A stretch of 6,051 nt of DNA, taken from contig JALDTO010000203.1 in NCBI GenBank assembly GCA_023515725.1, positions 1 through 6,051 on the forward strand. Reading direction: 5' to 3'. Both the position numbers and the translations under genes were made by a program. The notes under the pieces were generated by a model. It saw only the letters and a program-made list of their open reading frames with translations, searched no databases and had not been told where the DNA came from. This document shows, piece after piece, positions 1 to 6,051 of the stretch (the first letter of the stretch is position 1; each line of letters opens with the position of its first letter). Source of the DNA: Amoeboaphelidium protococcarum X5. Its lineage: Eukaryota; Fungi; Aphelidiomycota.

Positions 1-93
1 ATCATTCGCAATGATCTCAACTTTCTCATTCTACCACACACCGACACAGCTGTACGTAGTTCCTAAATCAATACCAATAGCCTTGGAAGTCAT
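1..93 (-). CDS. HSP70: Heat shock protein 70 (cytosolic Hsp70/Ssa-type), 5' end only; continues beyond the left edge
   Basis: ATG at 93..91 translates MTSKAIGIDLGTTYSCVGVW(TAG)NEKVEIIAND. This contains the Hsp70 signature GIDLGTTYS and VEIIAND. The TAG at 33..31 falls where eukaryotic cytosolic Hsp70s have Gln. No signal or transit peptide precedes the motif. Confidence 0.97.
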
Positions 94-246
94 TTCTTAT
101 TCTTGATTATATATTTCGTGTTATATTCAGAAATTTAACCGATGGAAAAGAGGATAAAAGTGCTGAGGATGTGTTGAGCTCCCTTTGATCAATATTCTTC
201 TTTTCTGATCCACCGCGTTCCTCCGTTAAGGTTATTCACGCTCTCT

Positions 247-270
247 TTCTGGCGCCTCGTGGAATCTTCG
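247..270. promoter_or_regulatory. Possible heat shock element upstream of Hsp70
   Basis: gGAAtcTTCg at 261-270 (two inverted nGAAn units) plus an in-phase TTC at 247-249, about 150-180 bp upstream of the Hsp70 ATG. It is not a full three-unit perfect HSE. Confidence 0.35.
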
Positions 271-329
271 CGCGTGTGCCAGCGGAATCACAACGCGATT
301 TTGTTTGATGTTTCATGCGAAAATATCAC

Positions 330-748
330 ATGGACGGTGACCAGCTATAAAGAGATGCTGTTGTATCAAGTATAGTTCATCCAGCAGAGTCTGTAAGAAT
401 TAATGCAAATTTTTAGAAAGTCTTTGATTTTTAAGCAACTATCAAATTAATGCTATACTAACGATCATCACTGACTTTTTTGACCCGGTACGATAAGGCC
501 TATTCTTACTGACTTCATTACCGGTTGTAAAATTGCGGAATGAGTTAGATGGAGCTTAAGTCACGACAATACATGTCCATCCATGGAAACGGCGATTAAC
601 GCGTCTCTGCAAGTACAGTTTTACAAACAACCAACAACACTCAGATATCTCCAAAAAAGATAGATCAAAATTAAAAATATTGGCGCAAATATTAAAACTA
701 TCATTAAATGAATTGCACAAAATTTCCGTGTCAAGGACGTAATAATGA
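330..748 (+). pseudogene. Possible small gene divergent from Hsp70, requiring one frame change; unknown product
   Basis: ATG at 330 gives MDGDQLQRDAVVSSIVHPAESVRINANFQKVFDF (TAR=Q). A second frame, open 428-748, reads FLSNYQINAILTIITDFFDPVRQGLFLLTSLPVVKLRNELDG...DISKKDRSKLKILAQILKLSLNELHKISVSRTQQ-TGA. Adding one T to the T-run at 428-432 would join them. Based only on protein-like composition. Confidence 0.22.
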
Positions 749-1671
749 GCTCTCTGTCTTCTCTGATATTGTCATACAGTTGTAAACTTTGCAATATATT
801 GCTTAGCAGTCCAGAGAAGGAGCTGCCGCGATCGGCCACGAAGGATGCACCATGGCTATTCAGAGTTGTCTTCAGACGAATAAAATATTCAGAATCCAGA
901 AGATCCAGCTACATCTTTCTTCTGCAGAACAACACGCGACATAGATCAGCAAGCGCATTGTTGCACCCGGCATCACGCCCAAATGTCCGCCATGATTTGC
1001 CATTAATGCTTATATGGCAGTAAATAATGTCATCCCCCTCATTGCCGAATTACAATTCGAATTTGTAACTGGTCCGGCTCAGCTCAAGTTGATTATTATA
1101 GGGGTATCTGCAGCTACCTGAAAATCTCCCGGTAGTCTTCTACAGTTAACTGAGGATCCGTGATATCAGCCTCAGTTAACAACTAAGGATAATACCATTC
1201 CACCGTGTGAGAGAGAGCCTTCTTTCTAGCATTCAAGATCGCCTGCATCTCGCATTCATCCTCTGCAGAATAAGTTCTATTGAACAAAGTTACATCAGCA
1301 GTGCACTTTTGTTTAAATCTTAGCTTGATGTCAGTCGAACAGTTGGCTGTGTCAAATGATTCTCTTATGACTGTTACCGAGATCTACTGTGAATTTAGCT
1401 TCCTTCTTTTACCTGAGCTTTAATTGATAACACTATCCTCGTTTCCCTCTCTTGCCTTAAATTCACTGCCAAGTCGGACTTCATCAGCTTTAGTTCTTCG
1501 GTCTGTAAACAAGTTTCACTCAAACGAGATATCAATATCGTGACTTAGTACCGTGTCAATCTTTTCAGGTTCAATAACTTTAGGCAGACCAAGTAATTAC
1601 TCAAAACCATCTCTTCAGTTCAACATCTTTTTTTCTACCATTCCATAATTATTGAATATTTTGCGGAGCAT
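561..1671 (-). pseudogene. Interrupted gene for a probable nuclear protein with divergent dsRNA-binding-domain-like segments; boundaries uncertain
   Basis: Frame A is free of TGA from 1515 to 1087 and reads ...NEDSVINQSSGKRRKLNSQQISVTVIRESFDTANCSTDIKLRFKQKCTADVTLFNRTYSAEDECEMQAILNARKKALSHTVEWYYPQLLTEADITDPQLTVEDYREIFRQLQIP. This has an NLS-like KRRKL and an alpha-beta-beta-beta-alpha-like pattern ending in A..ARKKAL. Frame B then reads YKFELQFGNEGDDIIYCHISINGKSWRTFGRDAGCNNALADLCRVLF to TGA 563..561. Frame A has TGA at 1617..1615, 1518..1516 and 1086..1084. Candidate ATGs are at 1671, 1646 and 1641; an alternative end is TGA 774..772. Confidence 0.4.
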
Positions 1672-2075
1672 TTTGATTTACAAATTATATCGCAACAGTA
1701 CTGTCACAGGTAAAGTTGTTTTAAAGAGAAACAGAACAAAGATTCCGACTTGCGAGAAGACGCGTCTTAAGGACCCATTGTTACGTAGGAGCTGAAGTGG
1801 CCTCTGAGAAATTTTTAGCAAATATAAGAAAGCCTTCCTTTCGAGAATATGCATAATACCATACTGTACATGTAAAAGTTTGAAATATGGCGCCATATTA
1901 AGGCGATGTGAAAAGGCTTTTAATAAAGGTATTGTGAGTTCTAGAGAAATCACTCCAATCATATCATTTGTGAGCTGTATACGGTATATGTTGTGGGAGT
2001 GAAAACGCAATATGTAAAAGAAAAGCCATCGTCTAATCATAATATAAAATCAATAGTTCATTTAAATGATAATAT

Positions 2076-2542
2076 TCATTAGCGATACAGCTGCGCATCC
2101 TGTCTTGCGTCGTGTCCATGCTCTTGGATGTACTCTTCTTGTTTCAAGTGTTTTTCATTCTTGGGAGGATTGGAGAGGGACTGGCCATAAACTGTCTGTG
2201 GCGACAACTGAACCGGCATATCACCGCGTTCCACCATCTCCAATGAGGCAGTTCTACCAGCCAAGAATGCAAACAGACCAGTCACACCAAGAATTACGCC
2301 AGACTTGAAAGCCAATGGAGTCTGCTTAAAGTCTTTGTCTACACACAATGACACATTATTTCTCGATCACTCAGATGAGATAAATATCACTTACGAAACG
2401 TGTTGAATAATGCCACTAATGAACCAGAGAGTGCGGCTCCAAACAATCCGCCTCTCATAGCTTCTCTGCCCACATTCTTTCTACCTTCCAGCTGTCTGTT
2501 TTCTGGTTACGCAAAACTCTCCTACTACTTCTTATCCTGCAT
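2076..2542 (-). CDS. 136-aa two-helix membrane protein resembling the N-terminal half of Rcf2 / Rcf3 / ENOD93 (putative mitochondrial inner membrane); join(2542..2395, 2338..2076)
   Basis: Spliced translation with TAR=Q: MQDKKQQESFAQPENRQLEGRKNVGREAMRGGLFGAALSGSLVALFNTFH|KDFKQTPLAFKSGVILGVTGLFAFLAGRTASLEMVERGDMPVQLSPQ...DARQDAQLYRQ-TGA. Exons of 148+263 nt give 137 codons. Two Gly/Ala-rich hydrophobic helices with a F...p...K linker match my recollection of the yeast Rcf2 N-terminus (KGG..GA...F...K.A). The gene structure is well supported; the family is less certain. Confidence 0.8.
2339..2394 (-). other. 56-nt spliceosomal intron (phase 1)
   Basis: Canonical donor GTAAGT at 2394..2389 and acceptor TGTAG ending at 2339. 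It contains a TGA (2369..2367) in the exon-2 frame. Removing it fuses two coherent exons in frame (TTT C|AC AAA = F-H-K). Confidence 0.85.
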
Positions 2543-3035
2543 TGTGAGGTTTAATTACTGATTACGATAAATTGTTTAAAATATAAAGCAAGAATAAAAG
2601 GAGCCCACAGTGGATACTTGAAGCATCATGTCACATTGAGTCATCGCGTGAGTGAGCAATAACAGCCATACGAGTGCATGATTGAATCACCATCGATCGT
2701 TACGACCCACTGGTCTCCGGCTCTCCGGCTGGTATGCTCTTAGCTGCAATAAACCTGTGCATATCAATCATATAACTAACAATCTAGAATTCAGAATTAA
2801 GATCACAGCTTGCTTCATTCATTCCTATGGCGGCGACAATTCCTACTTTCATTCCAGCTTAACACATGAACTTGACGGTTCAAAAAACGCGTCAAGGGGC
2901 GTCGTTGACACCTGAAGAGGAAAGTCAGCCATGTGCGATCTAAAATTCGTTAAAGCCTTCTGGAAAATATTCAAAATTCCTTTGAGTGCGTGTATATACT
3001 TACCTAAAAATTATACGCTCTATATACCAGGTGTG

Positions 3036-3641
3036 ATGAAACTCGTAGTTTTGATATCTTGTCTCGTGGCGCTGAATTATGCATTGCACTTTCGAGAAGT
3101 CTTTGGCAAATTGGAAGGGCTGAAGAGGATTTTTTCTCGTCGTTAGTCATTAGGTGATGGTATAAGTAATGATGCAGGTATACCAATTAAATAATTGCGA
3201 AAGATGAGAAGAGTGCGTCTTTAGCCGTTATGCAGAAATTTTGGACGGATTAGGCGTATCGTCAGGAGAGGAAGGGATCGGTATGAAGTTAATCACCATA
3301 GAATAATTTTGAATACCTGGCCTGTGCTTTATTGTATGCAGAGTGATTCTGGTAGAACCGATATAATAAATTGCATGACGTCTGTCATGGGGCTGTACTA
3401 TCTCAACGACGAGGTTGAATTTGTGCTTCCAGTTGTACCTTAAAGAAATAATGAGATTCTGCGCTCTATTTACTTCAGATTGATAAAGAAATACAAGTTA
3501 TCTAAATTTACGGCATCCCTCTCTGTTTCTAGTGTCTATGGATAGAGCAGACAGCCTATGGAACACTTCTCTTTAACGCGTCTATCCGATAACAGTATAC
3601 TAGCGTCCTCTAATCGGTATGGTAATTTTCAAATTTCATGA
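3036..3641 (+). CDS. ORF starting with a signal-peptide-like sequence (201 aa with TAR=Q); probably the 5' part of a longer interrupted secreted-protein gene
   Basis: ATG 3036 reads MKLVVLISCLVALNYA-LHFREVFGKLEGLKRIFSRRQSLGDG... (basic residue, hydrophobic core, N-Y-A end), preceded by TATATA at 3021-3026. No TGA until 3639-3641. The Arg-rich middle (about 3200-3300) looks out of frame. Confidence 0.4.
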
Positions 3642-4889
3642 TGAATCTGCTTGTGGTTTGTGATGGCACCTCATTCAAAACTATGTATTGATGATGCTTT
3701 TGGTATTATATGAGTTGCTTAATTTTATATAATGTTTTTGGTTACTTTTAGTTTTCGTTCCACTGTGGCATGGTGCACTCAGCTTTGATTAAACTTCAAT
3801 GATCAAGCTTTGCCTCTGATGGTTCAATGAAGCTGATTATTGACGCGGTTTACTATAAGTAAGGTCTTCATTTACTACATACTAAATTTCTCTACTGGCG
3901 CATTTTATTGTGCGGCACCTAGTCCTTGCCAGTTGGGACTACATACTCTCTTTGAATATGATTTCGTTTCTAATGTTCGTTTTTACGCGTCAACTGCATA
4001 AGACTGTGATATTGGGTCCTTGCAGTTATTGAGAATGTAGTTCGTTGTAGGCAGACTGTGGTTGCTGCTTTTATTCTCAGCGGCGTGTTTGTAAAAGCTT
4101 GTGACAGTTTCTACTGGCGAACTTATTGGCAGTAAGCCATGGTGAGGTCTTACTACTGAATAAAACAGCGCTGACTACGAGTTGAAAAAAAAAGTTAGAA
4201 TGAGGACAATGACAAAGTACAATTCGCGTTTGTAGTACGCGCTGGTATCTAATGGCACAACATCTTTAGTTTGCTTGCTAGTTTTTGATTCATGAGCACA
4301 ACCATTGTTATAGCTCTTCAGCTTACTAACTCCATCCATGTATTGGAATGCGCGCTGGACATACCGGATATTAGCATTGATGCATGAATATATTTGGTTG
4401 CACTATTGTTGTCTTCAAAGTGCTTATTATCTCTTGTAACTACCGATGTCGCTTTGTAGGTAGAAGATTAACTGCATGGGGAGCATCGAATCTTGAGTGA
4501 CTGTTCAAATAGGAAACTCTCTATTGAGAGAGTCCACAGTTGTTTCATAATGCTTTCAACAATTACTTTGGTACTCCCTATGTGTTATAACTATGATGTC
4601 GGCTCTGGCGGCGGATATTAATCTCGCGTATCACGCTGATACATCGTGTCTTGGTTATGGTAGACATCCGTATTAAGCAGCTAATTGCGTTATACAAGAT
4701 GTCAATCAAAAGAGTATCCTGGCAGAGTTCTTTAATGGCTATTGCCTTATTCAGTCTTAAGCTCTATGGCCTTTCACGCATGTGCTATTTATGCTTTTCG
4801 CAAGATCTATCGCTAATGTTAAAGGTGCGGTGAATAAAAAGTGCAATCTACTAGGTAGAACTGTAGATAATGAACATTACTGTTTGTGA
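3036..4889 (+). pseudogene. Putative degenerate secreted protein gene with ankyrin-like helical fragments spread over several frames
   Basis: Fragments: KKQ*DSALYLLQIDKE (about 3443-3490), LLFNASIRQQYTSVLQSVW (about 3566-3622), ASTAQDCDIGSLQLLRMQF (about 3987-4043), IALQLTNSIHVLECALDIPDISID (about 4310-4381). A final open segment ends at TGA 4887-4889, 18 bp from the convergent stop of the RPA1-like gene. No single frame is open throughout. Confidence 0.27.
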
Positions 4890-4907
4890 CGATGACATTA
4901 TTACTAT

Positions 4908-5753
4908 TCAATCAGCTCTGCGTTGACTCAGCTAGTAAAATTCCTCCAGCATGCGACTCAGCAAGAAGGCTTCTGGCAATGTTGTCATATACCCTGAGCT
5001 CACTCTTGTTCCAACTGTTATATGCACTCTGCCGCCACGCCTTTGTAGGTTCGCATCCACCAGAGCTATGCATGCACCAACTTTGTAGCGTTCGTGTTGA
5101 AGTGCAGAAATGACTCCTGGCCCCGTGATGACAGCGCACGCAGTACCATCATGAATGATGATGGTCTTGTGTTCATCATTGGATCTTGCTTGGATTCTCA
5201 GAATCCTCCCAACCACCACTTTTGCTCCTGGTTGGGCATCTCTTAAAAGGGTTGCGTTATTTAGCCAATAAGCGTCTTCACGAGTCAAAGTTTCGCCTTC
5301 GAACAGGAACTCTGTGGCCGAAACGATCCACTTGATTGCCCTCAAGTGCAGCGTGCATTCAGGCACGTTCGGATTGGTGACATCTTGGATTATTTCCACT
5401 GATCCACCTTCTGCCAGCTCGAAAACATAATCATCCCGGCTTTTACAGACCAGATCTCTGAAGAGAAAGTACCGGCACATTATAATGTTTGAGGCCTTTA
5501 GAACTTGATTAGACAAAGACACGCGTACTTCGCCTTAAGAACCTTCAACAATCGTTACCAGAGAGTTCTATTCAATGAAGGGACACTTTTCAATGCAGAT
5601 AATTCCTCCAACGGTTGTAAACTTTCTTTTAATATCAGTCACCATTATAATTTTAAATGTGCAATACAAATCCGAGAGTTGATGTTGCTATTGATGTAGA
5701 GTTGAAACGAGATATTGGCTCGGCTTCTCCTTTGATTGAGCTGAAAAGTTCAT
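4908..5753 (-). CDS. 281-aa tandem OB-fold ssDNA-binding-like protein, divergent RPA1(RPA70)/MEIOB family, DBD-A + DBD-B only
   Basis: ATG 5753 (first ATG after an in-frame TGA at 5843..5841; alternative ATG 5645) to TGA 4910..4908, through TAG 5690, TAG 5570, TAA 5537 and TAG 4934. By-eye matches to RPA70 recalled from memory: SLVTIVEGSQGEVRVSLSNQV ~ [35 protein letters not shown] ~ RSNNREVAKRNIYLMDTS; CIALVDANLQRRGGR ~ VLAIKGARVSDFGGR; TLPEAFLLSR ~ DIPEAYKLRG. Confidence 0.8.
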
Positions 5754-5918
5754 GAGCGCCGAGACTAAGTGAAACGGGCGTTTCAGTGCGTTGACGAACC
5801 GATCGGGGAAGTGAACGTGATTTAAGCTAAATAGTGAGAATCACTAATGTTCTATGAAAGCGCACTATTTGAAAAGGTTTACAATGGTTAAAAAAAGGGG
5901 AACTACCTGACGGCAGCC

Positions 5919-6051
5919 ACTCTATCACAGAGCGAGTAACTCGATCCAGAGCGAGGACATCATCACGATGCAGGAACTCTATCACAGAGCGAGTGACTCT
6001 ATCACAGAGCTAGTTACTCTATCACAGAGCGAGTGACTCTATCACAGAGCT
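5919..6051. repeat. 20-bp tandem repeat (ACTCTATCACAGAGC[G/T]AGT[G/T/A]) running off the right edge
   Basis: Intact units start at 5919, 5976, 5996, 6016 and 6036 (partial). Two degraded, indel-bearing units lie at 5939-5956 and 5957-5975. There are no unique spacers. Confidence 0.93.

Noticed and set aside
403-474. ATG at 403 reads MQIFRKSLIFK, resembling the ubiquitin start MQIFVKTLTGK
   Set aside because: Similarity collapses after residue 11, TGA stops occur at codons 24, 27 and 47, and there is no LRGG end. Chance or at most an unrecognisable relic.
1678-2040. 120-aa minus ORF in frame with the interrupted gene downstream
   Set aside because: It has very few acidic residues and no motif, and begins 35 bp after the previous stop. 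It more likely spans a 3' UTR/promoter region, though an N-terminal extension cannot be excluded.
2871-2896. 7-bp hairpin CTTGACG...CGTCAAG as a Helitron 3' end or terminator
   Set aside because: Long loop, no CTRR terminus at the expected distance and no Rep/helicase sequence in the window. Stems of this size (also 4516-4533) are expected by chance.
3824-4414. Minus-strand stretch of about 196 codons without TGA, containing a CTAAC/poly-T/TAG acceptor-like signal near 4175-4198
   Set aside because: No recognisable domain, long open frames are common with a single stop codon, and it lies antisense to the ankyrin-like fragments. Not fully excluded.
561-4889. Global TGA=Trp code (all three stops reassigned)
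   Set aside because: Both well-supported complete genes end at TGA and contain none internally, and Hsp70 uses TGG for Trp. Reading TGA as Trp makes 1086..772 implausibly Trp-rich. Kept only as a minor alternative in the findings.
745-5699. Track ORFs 745..1023, 2066..2308, 4886..5113, 4912..5139, 5505..5699, 3004..3186, 2682..2915, 4651..4833
   Set aside because: These are antisense or alternate-frame shadows of better-supported genes, or short ORFs without recognisable features, and were computed with the wrong genetic code.
5919-6051. CRISPR array, tetO array or telomere interpretation of the repeat
   Set aside because: There are no unique spacers or cas genes. Only the left half matches tetO1 (ACTCTATCA) and no vector sequence is nearby. 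The lack of G-strand bias and the regular alternation of variants are unlike telomerase products.

Overview
Gene-dense eukaryotic nuclear DNA that does not use the standard genetic code, so the supplied ORF track is misleading. The 5' end of a cytosolic-type Hsp70 gene (93..1, minus) has an in-frame TAG exactly at the conserved Gln of VGV[WF]Q. Two further minus-strand genes read cleanly only if TAA/TAG = Gln and TGA is the stop (translation table 6-like). One is a spliced 136-aa Rcf2-N/ENOD93-like membrane protein (2542..2076, 56-nt GTAAGT...TAG intron). The other is a 281-aa tandem OB-fold protein resembling RPA1 DBD-A/B alone (5753..4908). Between these intact genes lie coding-like but interrupted stretches: a minus-strand gene with dsRBD-like segments (about 1671..561) and a plus-strand signal-peptide gene with ankyrin-like fragments (about 3036..4889). 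The window ends in a 20-bp tandem repeat with two alternating variants. An aphelid such as Amoeboaphelidium protococcarum is the best guess for the source, but that is inference. All family assignments were made by eye with no searches run. With only one stop codon, ORF length alone is weak evidence.
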